Assembly (NCBI GenBank): GCA_038087875.1
Contig: CM075980.1
Location: 66,464,001 to 66,528,000, forward strand
Length of the DNA stretch: 64,000 nt
Source of the DNA: Malacoraja senta
Lineage: Eukaryota
Reading direction: 5' to 3'
A program made the position numbers and the translations under genes. Every line of letters starts with the position of its first letter. Position 1 is the first letter of the stretch. Below the pieces are notes generated by a model that was given only the letters and a program-made list of their open reading frames with translations, had not been told where the DNA came from and searched no databases. This document shows positions 1-12,527 of the stretch, piece after piece.

Positions 1-718
1 GCCCTGCCTTGATGGTGGAAATCCAGAATTACTACATGAATTGAATGGGAGCGGTGGACTATGCAACAAGAATTGGCGGAATTCTTACCTTTTGTTGTGG
101 CGATTTTCGACAACTCCTTCCTATAGTGATAAGGGGAAATGATGCTGATGTTGAAAATTCCTGCATCAAGAAATCCTACTTGTGGAGAACTTTCCCCAAG
201 TTTCAATTGAAGAGGAATCATGAAGGAGTACTTTTCTTTCAATGCTGTGACTGAGGGAACTAATGCTACTCACTTCCCAACAGAATTCGTTTCAGTCGAG
301 ATCTCTGGATTACCACCACACAAATTGGAGCTGAAAAAAAGATGTCCAATCATTTTAATGAGAAACGGAACCCCCAAGACTATGCAATGGAACGAGGATG
401 ATTGTGGAAGAGCTACACAATGATCCGATCATTGCAAAAATCAACTTTGGAGCCTTCAAATATGCGATTGTTACGATTCCTAGGATAACGCTTCAATATG
501 GCGAAGACATTCCCCTTAATTCCCGATTCAGTCACGTTTTGGTATGACGATCCATAAAGCGCAAGGACAAACCATGGAGAATGTGTTGAGAAACCGGTAT
601 TTCAGCATGGACAACTGTATGTGGCTATTAGCCGAGGAAAGGTGAAGGAAAATGTCAAAGTATTCCTGAAGGATGGGAGGTCAGCAAAGAATATTTTCAT
701 TAAACGCATGCTTGGTTG
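1..718 (+). pseudogene. Helitron RepHel helicase (PIF1-like) C-terminal relic, frameshifted
   Basis: Fragments across frames: GDFRQLLP..SCIKKSYLW, SGLPPHKLELK..PIILMRN, LCNGTRMIV, IPRI, MTIHKAQGQT, VFQHGQLYVAISRG, with the stop at ~718. These are hallmark PIF1/Helitron helicase motifs. Confidence 0.88.
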
Positions 719-789
719 AATGACTCCTGAGGCAATTTTCTTCAAGTTAAAAGTTTGACCACTCAATATTAAAATTGTATATTTTTAAA

Positions 790-1880
790 ATTGCGACAAC
801 CCTCCCCAACTGCGCACGTGCGGCTGACGGACCCGGCAAATGGAAGCGCACTGCGCAGGCACGACTGCCACATTGAAACTTGTCTCATTCGCAGTACAAA
901 GTTCATTAAAGTTTACTTTTTAAAATAGAACGAAACTTGATACTGCACACCACAGGCGAATGGTCAGGCGCCCCTAAAATTGTTGCGCTATCGTGTACCG
1001 TTTTGGCTGTATTTCGGGGATGGCACAAGGCAGCGTTTGGTATGGGCCATATAAAGCTGAACAATCGTGTGGAATTAGTTTTGGTTATCTTAAAATTTTC
1101 ATTCAGCTTGTAATTTTAAGCTCCTGTAGATTCCGATATCCATTACAGTAACAATTAGTGCACTCATTGCCTTCAGGAATACTTTGACATTTTCCGTCAC
1201 ATTTCCTCAGCTAAGAGCCATACAGTTGTTCATGCTGAAATACCGGCAACCCTTCAACTGCGCACGTGCGGATAGGACCCAGCAACCCAACTGCGCAGGC
1301 ATGGCCGCCGTGCCGGGAGCACACTGCACAGGTGCGCCGCTGCCACCGGGCCCAGGGTGGGGAGTAGAAAGTTAATTAAAGTTTATAAAGACAACCCGTC
1401 GGCATCCTGTTGTGACGCCAGAGATCCCCGTTGTGACGCCAGAGATCCCCATTGTGCCACCCTCCCCCAACTGCACAGGTAGAAAGTAAATTAAGGTTTA
1501 TAAAGCGAATAGAAGAACCACGAATTACTTTGTAAAATAGAACAAAACTTACCGTGGAACCGTTAGGTCCCGTTGTGAGGCCAATCAAGTACACACATAA
1601 GTATGATATAAAAATGGCGATCTGAAAATCGTCAAAGGCAACCCTCCCCCAACTGCGCAGGCGCGGCTGAGGACCCGTTGGGTGCCTTTTATGACGCATC
1701 AAGTGTATTAGATTTTAAAAAATACGTTAATTAAAGTTTATTAAGGTAATTACTGTCAAATATAACAAAACTTGCTACTGTACACCACAAGCGAATGGTA
1801 AGGCGCACCTAAAATTGTTGTGCCATCGTGTACCATTTTGGCTGTATTTCGTGAACATGCATGCACATACCATTTTATAA
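790..1880 (-). repeat. Helitron-derived subterminal motif cluster
   Basis: Repeated CCCCAACTGCGCA(C/G)G(T/C)GCGGCTGA (~800, ~1645), GTTGTGACGCCAGAGATCCCC x2 (~1410-1450) and a duplicated ~75-bp block (~940-1017 / ~1776-1850). Reverse complements of these motifs occur inside the + strand Helitrons at 62.4-63.4 kb. Confidence 0.55.
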
Positions 1881-1889
1881 GTTAACTAA

Positions 1890-3870
1890 ACCAAAAATGT
1901 TCACGGCAGCATATGTAAATGAGATCCCATTGTGATTGGAGGATTGTGAGATGCCATTGTGACATCATAGCTGGAAACTGCCAGAAAACTCTCACTAGCA
2001 GTCAGTTATTCTTCTCAAAGTGGGGGGTTTTAAACTTTTAAATGTCAATAACTTGTGAAATGTAACATCAATCTGAACGAAACTTGACAGAAAAGACCAC
2101 AGGACAATGGTGAGCAAGGTGGTGCACCGTTTTGGTGTAGTTCCAGGATCACATGGGACAACAAACTTATATAGATACAAGTTGAGAGTTTTAGTAATAT
2201 ACTAGACCAAGTGCAGACCCGTTGGGTCTGGTCCCCGAAAGTGCTTGACACCCCGGGGTGTTGTTCCCGAACGTGCTTCAGACCCCGGGGTGAAAATCTG
2301 CTGAAAAAAAGATGGCGTCGTTTTCGGAAAAAATCGGAGAAAATCTGCGAAAAAAAGATGGCGTCGTTTTTGGAGAAAATCGGAGAAAAAAAGATGGCGT
2401 CGTTTTCGGAGAAAATCGGAGACAATCGGAGAAAATCACATGGGGGTTGGATTTTATTTTAAAAAAACGTGTACATAAACAGGACCGAATTTAATCAGGA
2501 GTGGCTATTCGTAAAGATAAATGTCATCTCTTTGGAAATGGTAAAAAATATGGGCCTTTCCACGCGCTGTGTGGGCCAGGGGCGGTATCAAAGGCGGCGT
2601 ACGGACGTACAGACGGACGACAGCCAGAGAGTTTTAAAAGTATACTAGACCCAAGTGCAGACCCGTTGGGTCTGGTCCCCGAAAGTGCCTGACACCCCGG
2701 GGTGTTGTTCCCGAACGTGCTTCAGACCCCGGGGTGAAAATGTGCTGAAAAAAAGATGGCGTCGTTTTCGGAAAAAATCGGGGGAAATCGGCAAAAAAAA
2801 GATGGCGTCGTTTTCGGAGAAAATCGGGGGAAAAAAGATGGCGTCGTTTTCGGAGAAAATCGGAGACAATCGGAGAAAATCACATTGGGGTTGGGGGGGG
2901 GATGGATTTTATTAAAAAAACGTGTACATAAACAGGACCGAATTTAATCAGGAGTGGCTATTCGTAAAGATAAATGTCATCTCTTTGGAAATGGCGAAAA
3001 ACGTGGGCCTTTCCGCGCGCCGTGTGGGCCAGGGGCCGTATCAAAGGCCGCGCGGCAAAGTCAAGCAGACCGTCGGACGTACAGACGGACGACAGCCAGA
3101 GAGTTTTAAAAGTATACTAGACCAAGTGCAGACCCGTTGGGTCTGGTCCCCGAAAGTGCTTGACACCCAGGGGTGTTGTTCCCGAACGTGATTCAGACCC
3201 CGGGGGTGAAAATTGGCGAAAAAAAGAAATCTGAGGAAATGTGTGAAAAAAAGATGGCGTCTTTTTCTGCTGAAATCGGCGAAAAAAAGATGGCGGCGTT
3301 TTCTTTGAAAATTGGAGAAAATCACATGGGGGTGGGGGGGTTTGGAAGTGCTTGACACCCAGGGGTGTTGTCCCCGAACGTGATTCAGACCCCGGGGTGA
3401 TAATCTGGTGAAAAAAAGATGGCGTCGTTTTTTGAAAAAATATGGAAAAAAAAGATGGCGTCGTTTTCGGAGAAAATCTAGGAAAAAAAGATGGCGTCGT
3501 TTTCGGAGAAAATCGGAGGCAATCGGAGAAAATCACATTGGGGTTGGGGGGGGGATGGATTTTATTTAAAAAAGTGTACATAAACAGGACAGAATTTAAT
3601 CAGGAGTGGCTATTCGTAAAGATAAATGTCATCTCTTTGGAAATGGCCAAAAACGTGGGCCTTTCCGCGCGCCGTGTGGGCCAGGGGCCGTATCAAAGGC
3701 GGCGCGGCAAAGTCAAGCAGGCCGTCGGACGTACAGACGGACGACACACACAGAGTTTTAAAAGTATATAGATAGAAGATAGATAGATAGATAGATAGAT
3801 AGAAGATGTACTAGACCAAATGGCCCTGTCACATGGGAGGCCTGGTCCCCCAACGCAATGAAAATTAAAT
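1890..3870 (-). mobile_element. Stack of non-autonomous Helitrons (3' CTAG ends at 2202, 2645, 3117, 3811)
   Basis: On the - strand the first three units end in a hairpin AGACCC-AAC-GGGTCT followed by GCACTTGG(G)TCTAG (the 3811 end is more diverged) and start with TATA(C/T)..AAAACTC. Near-identical ~445-650 bp units carry internal ~36-bp subrepeats. Confidence 0.8.
3769..3806. repeat. (TAGA)n/(TCTA)n tract with TAGAAGA variants at the Helitron 5' head
   Basis: Reads TCTTCTA,(TCTA)5,TCTTCTA,TCTA on the - strand directly before TATACTTTTAAAACTC. Confidence 0.95.
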
Positions 3871-4619
3871 AAGTAAAGAAATGATTGAAGGAATCGCACA
3901 AAGTTAAATATATATAAAAGATTATCGTTAAAGAGAGCAAAGTCAGAATGTAGGGATGTCATAAAATTTTGAGATGTTAAAAATCAAGCCTGTAATTTAT
4001 CCCATCAGATAAAGCATAAAAATAACTTTAATTTGATACCTAATTCACTTTCATATCTTCATTATTAAAAAAAGGTATGGTCATTTTCATACTCGGAAAT
4101 TACCATCTTGTTCCCTATTGCTTTTCCATTAACAACACAAAAGCTGTGATCGAGGAGTCAATTGACATAAAAGCCCATAACTTCCATAAAAATTAAGAGA
4201 ACTGAATGAAAATTTCAATTATAGATTGAAGCAAATATCTGAAACAAATATGATACATCTTACTTGGAAATTAAAGTATATCAATTAATTACCTAATTAA
4301 GTAGCTAATTACATAATTAACTGTTGTGACGGAAAATAGTAATAACTGCCTTGAAAATTAAAAAATGATATTTTCTCAAGATCAGAACTTTAATATTATT
4401 GTATTTTACTTCGGAGTCACGTTAGTGACTACGTGAAGAGCCCGCCAGCCCGCATTATCGTCTAACGCATGGCGCACGACTGGCTGGCAGGCGCGTCACT
4501 CCTCCAGCGGTAAGTTTTCAAACCTTGCAGGTAAGTTTCAAACTTATTTTCAGGTTGTGCTTTTACTTGCAGGAAGCTCTTTTACAGAGTTCCTGCTGGA
4601 TGACGTTCCGGGGTTGAAA

Positions 4620-4890
4620 TCCCGGCTCCGGAGACCGCGGGGAACCCCGGCTGCGGAGACCAAGGGGAAAACCCGGCGCGGGGAAACCCGGCTACGGGGA
4701 CCGTGGGAAGACACGAGACCGCGGGGTAACCTGGCTCGGGGAAACCCGGCTATGGAGACCGTGGAAAGACACGAGACCGCGGGGAAACCCGGCTACGGGG
4801 ACCGTGGGAAGACACGAGACCGCGGGGAAACCCGGCTCGGGGAAACCCGGCTACGGGGACCGTGAGAAGAGACGGCTACGGACCGCGGAA
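4620..4890 (+). repeat. GC-rich minisatellite (GAGACCGCGGGGAAACCCGGCT variants) in the DIRS gag region
   Basis: Directly visible tandem variants. Confidence 0.85.
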
Positions 4891-6866
4891 CTGCAGGTAG
4901 CCGGCGGCGGTAGTCTCTGACAGTGCGGTCAGCGACTTCAGACTCCGGCAGCCCCGAGAGCGTATGCAGCCAAACGGAGTCTGAGGCCTGGACTGGGACA
5001 AGTCAGGCCAGGAGGGTTCCCCTCCGAAATGGGTACGTCCTCGGACGTTTTTACCCAGATGGAGCATGGATAGCGTTAGCGTCCGCAGGGCGTTCATCCC
5101 ACTGAGGTGAGGCTCCATCCTGATATGGTCCGTGGACATAGTGCCGGCAGTGAACAACGCTATCTGGGGAAACTATGGATGGCGGCCTATCGGACGTCCA
5201 GCAGGATGCCCTGGGGTTTCTCATCCATCCAGTTAAATTTAAGTTGATACCAACTAGAGTTATAGATTGCGATTTACCTTTAACTCTATTAATTGTCTGT
5301 GACTCCATCCTGGGGCAAGAGATTAGAATTAATGGAAGCTTGTAACAAACTTATTGTTTATTCATCAAGTGGCCAGTGTAATTAGCAATATAGTGGCTGT
5401 TTTTTCAGCTGCGTAATTGGGGCCTTTGCATTATCAGAACTTACATCGTGCAACGGAGCAAGCTTTCAAGTACCATGTAGGTCATTGTTAACAGACCTAT
5501 GCTATTACCAGCAGAAGCTATAAAGTCACAATGATGGACAAACTATTCAGCATTGCTCCAGTAAATTTTGGTCATTAAACCTTCAGTTATATTGCAAACT
5601 ATATTACAAACTGATGCGAGTGCTCAAAGATGGGAAATTACTATACTATCTTAGTCACAGAGGCGGATGGGATGTGCATGAGTTACATGTGGTAACTCAG
5701 TTATATGGTATCAGTTATATGGTATCAACTACCTAAAGACACTAGGTGCATTCTATGGGTTAAAGGCTTATTGTGCGAATATGCATATCTGGATGCTCAA
5801 CTACAAGTTGACAGTGGTGGCATATATTAATCACATGGGTGCAATCAAGTCAATATCCTGTGATAGTTTACCTAACCTCATTTGGCGCTGGTGTATCATC
5901 ACGTAAATCAATGACAACACAGAATGGATGTTAGATCACAAAGTATTTAATGACATTGTGGCTCGATGGAACACCAAATATCAATTTGTTTGCATCTACT
6001 CTCAATCACCAGTTGCAAAAATATCTGGCATGGCAGCCATACTCAGGGGCAGTGGCAATGGAGGCATTCTCGCTACACTAGGGAGGAAGGTTCTTTATGT
6101 CTTTCCTCCATTTTGCCTCATTTTGAACCTTGCTTAACATCCAGCAAGACTCCGCATCAGGCTTTTAATCGTGCCTGACTGGCCCTTAATTCTTTGCCCA
6201 TCAATCCTTTCATTTTATACACAGAATTTCTAGAAAAGGTAAAAAACTTCTGATCACGCAGCAGTGAGTTTATGACCCTGAAACTGCTTACATAGGAAAC
6301 AGACCACCTGGGCAAATAACTCCTGGTGTCTCCTTATCTTCCAGTCCCTTAAAGGCCTGTCTCATGAGTCTGCGGTCTAAGGCGGCGAAACGGGAAGAAT
6401 CTGCCGCCATAGACCGCGCACTCGTGAGAAAGTACAATTCCCGGGCCGTGCGTCGGTGTTCCCAACACCGCGGTGCTAAAATAAATTCGACAATGTCCAA
6501 AACTAAATACTCACCGCACAACCTCCACCAGTGAAGCACGAGTGCGCACGGCCGCTCGCACGGGCCGCCGCCAGTATGGCTCGAGCGCCGTGCGTCAAGC
6601 CTCCACTGCCACAGCCTCCGCCAGTGAGGCACGTGCCGCCGCCAGTGACGCACGTGTGCTGCACGGCCGCAGGCACAGCCACCGCTGCAGTGCCGCGATC
6701 TGGACGGCAGCCGCCACAGCCCCTTGGATTCAAAATGACGTCATCGCAGTCGGCCCGCCCTTTTTCTTTGCTGTTCACGTCCAAACCACGCGAGATCTGA
6801 GACTTCAACAGTGTAGCATTTTTACCGCGTTTTTCAAACGGAGTATTTTGACAGTTGACTAGCAAC

Positions 6867-8655
6867 ATGAGGAGAACAAGGAGTGTGAAGAGATCGGTCC
6901 AGGATAAAGTACAGAATATTAGTATGGAAAAAATTCAGGTGCTGGAGGGTCCAGCCACTGGCCCTGCCCCTGCCCCTGCTTCATCTACCTGTCCACATCT
7001 GCTGCCCCATCTGCTTCTCCATCTGCTGGTCCATGTCCTACTCCAGCTTATGTCCCTGCATGGGTGTGGAACAGGTCTGGCTCACAGCCATATAATTTTT
7101 CCCGAGAACAAGAGGGGGACCTGGTGGAATGGTATCAGTCCCACCATGAGCTGTACGACAAGACCCACCGTGATTTTAGGAACAGGGGTCTCCGTAACCT
7201 CATAATTGGAGAAAAGGCGAAGGAGTTCCCTGACTGCTCTTGTAAGTACATATCTTTCAGTTTATCTACATTTCTGTGTTTGTAATTGAGGTTCAAATTC
7301 ATATTATAAGTTGCTCAACACTTATCTTCATTTATGCTATCTTTTCACAGATGACCAACTGTGCCAATGGCTAGAGTCAGAGGACACGGTTCGGCAAAAT
7401 CTCACAAGGTCTTGGCAAGTCTGGCTCTGGCAGTAGGAAACTGACTGAGAGACCAGTGGATATATGACAAATGGGGGTTCGTCCGGGACCACATTGTAAG
7501 AGTGCACAGGAAGGAAAGTTGCAGGAAGGTGAGTAACTCAGAAAATTATGTGACAATAAATATTAGTTGGCAAGTCAGTACAAAACATTTTTAACAATAA
7601 CTTGTTCACTTTCCCTGCTACGTCCTGATGGCCTTGCACATGTATGATACGCATTCACTTTCTTCTAGTGTACTGTGGGTGCATCAACGTGCGCGGACTC
7701 GAGTGAGGGTGAGCCTGATCCGCTAGAGGGACCTTCACATGGACCATCCGGGTCATGCACTGCGGTAGAACTGCAGCAGCATGCAAGACGGAAGCGGGTC
7801 AGCACAACTGCGTCAGATAGCGAGGTGCCTGTCCAAACTCTGCAACGGGACATGTTCAGGGATGTAAGTGCTTTTGGATTACCCATCATCAAATCTCTTT
7901 CACTCCGCCCTACTTCCACGTTTCTCCATCTCATCCCACAATATAATTATCATGATTGTACTCTCTTGTTGCAGATCATGGAACAGGCAAAGACAACGTC
8001 GGGCATGATCACCTCTTTCTCACAGTCAAGGACGTCCCATGAGAGTTGTGCATGCATATGCAATGTTCCTCAGGGAGATGTTCTTAATCCCTGAGGAAAA
8101 TTGGCAACGTTACAGCATGCAGGGATTGTCCTTGGCAAGTGCGCACAGACTTCCGCAGCCAGTAAAATATTTAAATCAAAGTTCATTGAAATTAAAAGTT
8201 TTAATTTAATGCAGTCTATGATTCATTTACTACGGTTTTCTTTGTGTTGCAGAGTCCGATAAGGCATATGCCATTAGTGCCACTGCAACAAACGAGGATG
8301 CCACCACAATATCCCCACCAGGTACACTGTGAAACATTTTTGAGTCTTCAGCCTGACTCATGATTTTCTCTAACACACAGCTTATGAAAGGTTGTGATTT
8401 GTTTTATATGATTTGTTTGGCACCGATACATATTGATACGCTTATGTGTTTTGCCCACAGGCAAGGATGGAATACCGTCCTGTGACATACCCCTGGATGG
8501 CAGCCCCCCCCCCCACTATGTCAGTGGACACACCCCACCGCCATAGTTCATCACGTGGCATGGATAGGCTAGGGGAAGGCGAATTCCATGTGCAATTTGA
8601 GGTTCCCGAAGATGGCACAAACTCTGGCACCGAAGACGCAGACTTATATATTTAA
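6867..8655 (+). pseudogene. Harbinger MADF (Myb/SANT-like) partner gene, copy 1, with indels
   Basis: Same exons as copy 3, with small indels in exons 1, 2 and 4. Confidence 0.75.
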
Positions 8656-9593
8656 TAAGAATGACATGTGCCGTAGGAGTGACGTTGCCCCCAAAATTCA
8701 CTGTTGTGCCTGCTTGTGTGTTGCACATTACCGTTTAATTCACTGTTTTCTCACGACGTTATTTGTCTGCTTTCACTAATGAACAATGTTCTGTTGAATT
8801 GTGTTGCATATTTAAAAAGAATTGCTTGTTTTTCAATATGTTAATTGTTTCCACTAAATAAAGAGTTTAAATTTAATATAGTATTGTGGAAAAAAGTGTC
8901 TGATAATCGCGGCGTAGATCTCATATGGAAACAACCTGAAATGATGGAATGCATCTCACATACAAAAGCATTGATTTATTAGAGAAATAAAACACAAACA
9001 GGCATAGAATAGCATTGAATTACAAAAAAATTTCATTATAAGCCATGAAAATCAAACAATGGCATTTAAGCCCTTTAAAGATCAGGCAACTTTAAAATAG
9101 GTGATTGTAGGTGGTACTATTAACACAGATTCAATAATTTCACAATGTAAAACCATCCATCAACATACATAGATCGACTTTTGTAAGATCTGGGGCCTTC
9201 ATGATCGGGTACCTCTGCCATGAAAACACAACCCTGACATCCCCTGTTTGCTTTTGATCCTCAAAACATTGTCCTGCCAGGGTACACTGCCTCGCTCTGA
9301 GTTGTAGTAAGCACAGAGATGGTCCCTCATCTCCTTTGCTCTTCTGTTGCTGGTGTTTCCTTGCAATGACCCTAGTGCCACCATCGGTGACGCCGGTCTT
9401 GCAGCTCTCCATGAACCTGGTGTGACTTCACCTGTCTGTTTGTCCATCGTGTCACCCTCCACCAAGGCTGCAGACGCACCTCTCGTGCGGATCAGGTTAT
9501 GGAGGACACATGCCGCGTAGACAATGGCCTGCACATTCTCGGGCTCCTGCTCCATTGTTGTCAGCAGGCATCTGAATCTGCTAGCAAGGATAC

Positions 9594-11183
9594 TGTTACA
9601 TATTCATTGTAGCAGTCCCAACCTCCTGCATGGTGGCAGCGGTGACTTTCGAGTAAAAAAAAAAAACGCGCTATTGTGAATCGCTATTGGGAATTAGGAA
9701 CAGCGGCTGCAGAGAAATTGATTTTTTTGTGCACCCGCCTAACAACACAAGATGGCGGCCTCCACAGCAGCAATGAGCCTCCACCCTACGATGAACTGGG
9801 ACGCCGATGATGTGGTGGAGGCGTTCAAGAAATTCAAACAAAAGAGCCAGCTGGCATTCAAAAGCTTCCTGAAAGGAACTGCAGATGAAGAGAAGGTCAG
9901 TTATATTTTACTATGGCTCGGGGAGAAGGGTCTAGACATTTTTAACAGTTGGAGCTTAACAGAGCCCGACTGCAATAATCCGGGAATAGTCCTTGAAAGG
10001 TTTGCGAACCATATGGAGCCCAAATCAAACCACAGAATCCATCGGTATGAGTTCCAAGGGCTAAGACAAGACCCACAAGAAACAACCGACACTTTCCTGT
10101 CGAGACTAAGGAACGTGGCCAAGAAATGCAGATTTGGTGATGAAGATGACAGAATTGTCGACCAGCTAATATGGGGGTGCGCCCACCAAGAGGTCCAAAA
10201 GTCCCTAATAGGGAAAGACACCCTCAACCTAAAAGACGCCGTAGATGCTGCCAGAGCTTTCGAAGCCACAAGGAAACAAATGTCCTCCCTCTGCCTTCAA
10301 GTTGGCTCATCTCAGAGCAGCACCAGAGTGAATATAGACGCTCTCTCAAAACGTGACCCTGGCTCCACCTTAAAGGCTCCAAAGCAGACATTTTCTAGGC
10401 ATGCAAACAAACAAGCAAGCCAAAGAAGCTGCTGGAACTGCGGTACAGAGCATGCATTTCATGATCGCAGGGAGTGCCCAGCATACGGGACTACCTGCAA
10501 ATCCTGTGGGAGGCCTAACCACTGGAAGAAAATGTGTAGGTCAACAAAATCATACAGCACCAAGCCAAAGCAGCAATGGTCAAAGAACGATAGAAATACG
10601 AGAAGGAAACAAATACACGCACACGTCCAACAGGAAGAGGAGATAACCTCAGATACCTCTGAGGAAGAATTCCTTTCCGTTGGGACCATTGACGTCCACG
10701 AAATGGGAAACAACAAACCACATAGCAACAGAGATGAAGCATATACTATAATACAACTACAGAAAAAAGTGGGAAAGAAAAGAACAACGATTAATCTAAG
10801 GCTCAAAATTGATACTGGAGCCCAGAGCAATATCTTACCAGTCAATCTTTACGGAAAGATATTCCCTGAACACATGACAAAAGATGGCAGCGTCAGGAAA
10901 GGAATCCTTGGAAGTAGCGATGTAGTCCTAGCTGCATACGGAGGTTCCATAATCCCACAGCTAGGCAAAACAATCATAGCAGGAACATACAAAGGGAAAG
11001 AAGTGAAATGCCCCTTCTACATCACTAAATCGAAAGGACCTGCTATTCTCGGCCTGAACACGTGCCAAAGACTGAAAGTGCTTACATACCTAATCACAGT
11101 GTGTGTGTGTGTGGTGAGTGTGCCTGATACAAAGTAATGCAGGAGGTTGGGACTGCTACAATGAATATGTAGCATATGTAACA
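9594..11183 (+). mobile_element. Gypsy-derived gag-protease element with inverted LTR-start termini and 5-bp TSD GATAC
   Basis: TSD GATAC at 9589-93 and 11184-88 (single in copies 2 and 3). TGTTACATA..CCTCCTGCA at the left, its reverse complement at the right. PBS TGGTGGCAGCGGTG (tRNA-Leu type) at 9631. Confidence 0.9.
9752..11137 (+). CDS. Gypsy (Mag-like) Gag plus aspartic protease, 461 aa, no RT/IN
   Basis: Capsid-like N-terminus, Zn knuckles CWNCG..H..C and CKSCGRPNHWKKMC, protease LKIDTGAQSNILP..AILG. Confidence 0.88.
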   Translation: MAASTAAMSLHPTMNWDADDVVEAFKKFKQKSQLAFKSFLKGTADEEKVSYILLWLGEKGLDIFNSWSLTEPDCNNPGIVLERFANHMEPKSNHRIHRYEFQGLRQDPQETTDTFLSRLRNVAKKCRFGDEDDRIVDQLIWGCAHQEVQKSLIGKDTLNLKDAVDAARAFEATRKQMSSLCLQVGSSQSSTRVNIDALSKRDPGSTLKAPKQTFSRHANKQASQRSCWNCGTEHAFHDRRECPAYGTTCKSCGRPNHWKKMCRSTKSYSTKPKQQWSKNDRNTRRKQIHAHVQQEEEITSDTSEEEFLSVGTIDVHEMGNNKPHSNRDEAYTIIQLQKKVGKKRTTINLRLKIDTGAQSNILPVNLYGKIFPEHMTKDGSVRKGILGSSDVVLAAYGGSIIPQLGKTIIAGTYKGKEVKCPFYITKSKGPAILGLNTCQRLKVLTYLITVCVCVVSVPDTK

Positions 11184-12527
11184 GATACCAAAAGCATTCT
11201 CCACTACCCTCCTAGCCCTGGACAGCCTGTAATTGAAGATCCTTTGCTCCCTTGACACCCCCCTGTGAGGGTATGGCTTCATCATCCATGGCCTGAGTGC
11301 AAAGGCATCATCACCAACCAGTGCGTAGGGGATGTCAGGGTTGTCTTCTCCAGGCAGAGGTTCTGGATCCGGAAGGCCTGCTCTCCCTTCTTCCAATGCT
11401 TGCCCAAGGGAGGTCTCTCTCCAGATCCCTCCATCTGCGGCACTGCCAGGTGTGCCCACATTCACAAACATGAAGTTGTAGTTTGCATCTACCACAGCTA
11501 ACAGCACGATGGAATGGAACTTCTTGTAGTTAAAGTACACAGAACCTCCCCCGGGTGGACACCGGATGGCCACATGCTTCCCATCAACAGCCCCACATGT
11601 GTGCCGGAAGTTCCATCTGCTTTGAAAGCCGTGCGCCACACTCCTCCACCCGTCTGGTGTAGTTGGGCAGTCAATAAGCTCATCATGTTTTGTTGATGGC
11701 ATCACACGTCTCTCGGACTACACCGCTGATGGTGTTGTGAGCCACACGGAAGTTATACGACAGGCTCTTGTAGGAATCCCCTGATGCAAGGTAGCGGAGG
11801 GTGATGGTTAGGCGCAGGCCTGGTTCCAGTGACTTCCGCATGACGTTGTCCATTTTCTGCAGTAGAGGTCTGACTCGTGTCTTGAGCTCCTGAAACAGGT
11901 CAGGCGGGATCCTGGTGAAATTTCTAAAGGCAGCATCATCTACCCGCTGCAGATCCATCATCATGGTCTCATACTGGCCCAAAGTAGGTCTCATCAGGAA
12001 CAAAGGCCTCATCCACACAGACCTCTTCCTGGGCTTCTTCTTCATAACCTTCTTTGTTGAACTGCTGCACGGATGACCTGCAACCATGACAGCTGCTGCT
12101 AAGAGAAGATTATGTTGGTGTAGCAGCAATGCAATGTCAATGTCTTCCATTGTGCAGTAGTTTACAGGTCCTAATCGAGTTTGCTGCAGGATTAAGAGAG
12201 AATAAGTGTGAATATTCTGAAAAAGTTTACGTGGGGAGAGTTGACATGGACTTTGTGGGCCAAAGGGCCTGTTCCTGTGTTATACTGTTCTATGTTCATG
12301 GTCTCTCTAAGAACATGGTTCTCAGATTTACAAACTCCATGCAGACAACCACGAGTGACCACTGATTTATTTTTGTATATACATCATCCTATTGTTATTA
12401 CTAACTTTGTTATTGCTGGTCTACAATTGTTAGACCCTAACCCCCTTTATAAAATTGACTTTTATAAAACACATTTCTATAACACATGTTGTTTAAAGAA
12501 CAGCGACTTTTGTTTACCTAAAAAAAA

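Larger units (their letters stand above)
9260..12150 (-). pseudogene. Harbinger DDE transposase copy 1, frameshifted and interrupted
   Basis: ORFs 11683-12150, 11094-11705 and 9199-9555 match the 432-aa copy 3 protein. A 2-bp loss near 11686 and an insertion at 9594-11183 break it. Confidence 0.92.

Noticed and set aside
2045-3771. Many short ORFs (KKMASFSEKIG repeats) and a CRISPR-like repeat appearance
   Set aside because: They are translations of Helitron subrepeats. There are no unique spacers or cas genes, and the context is eukaryotic.
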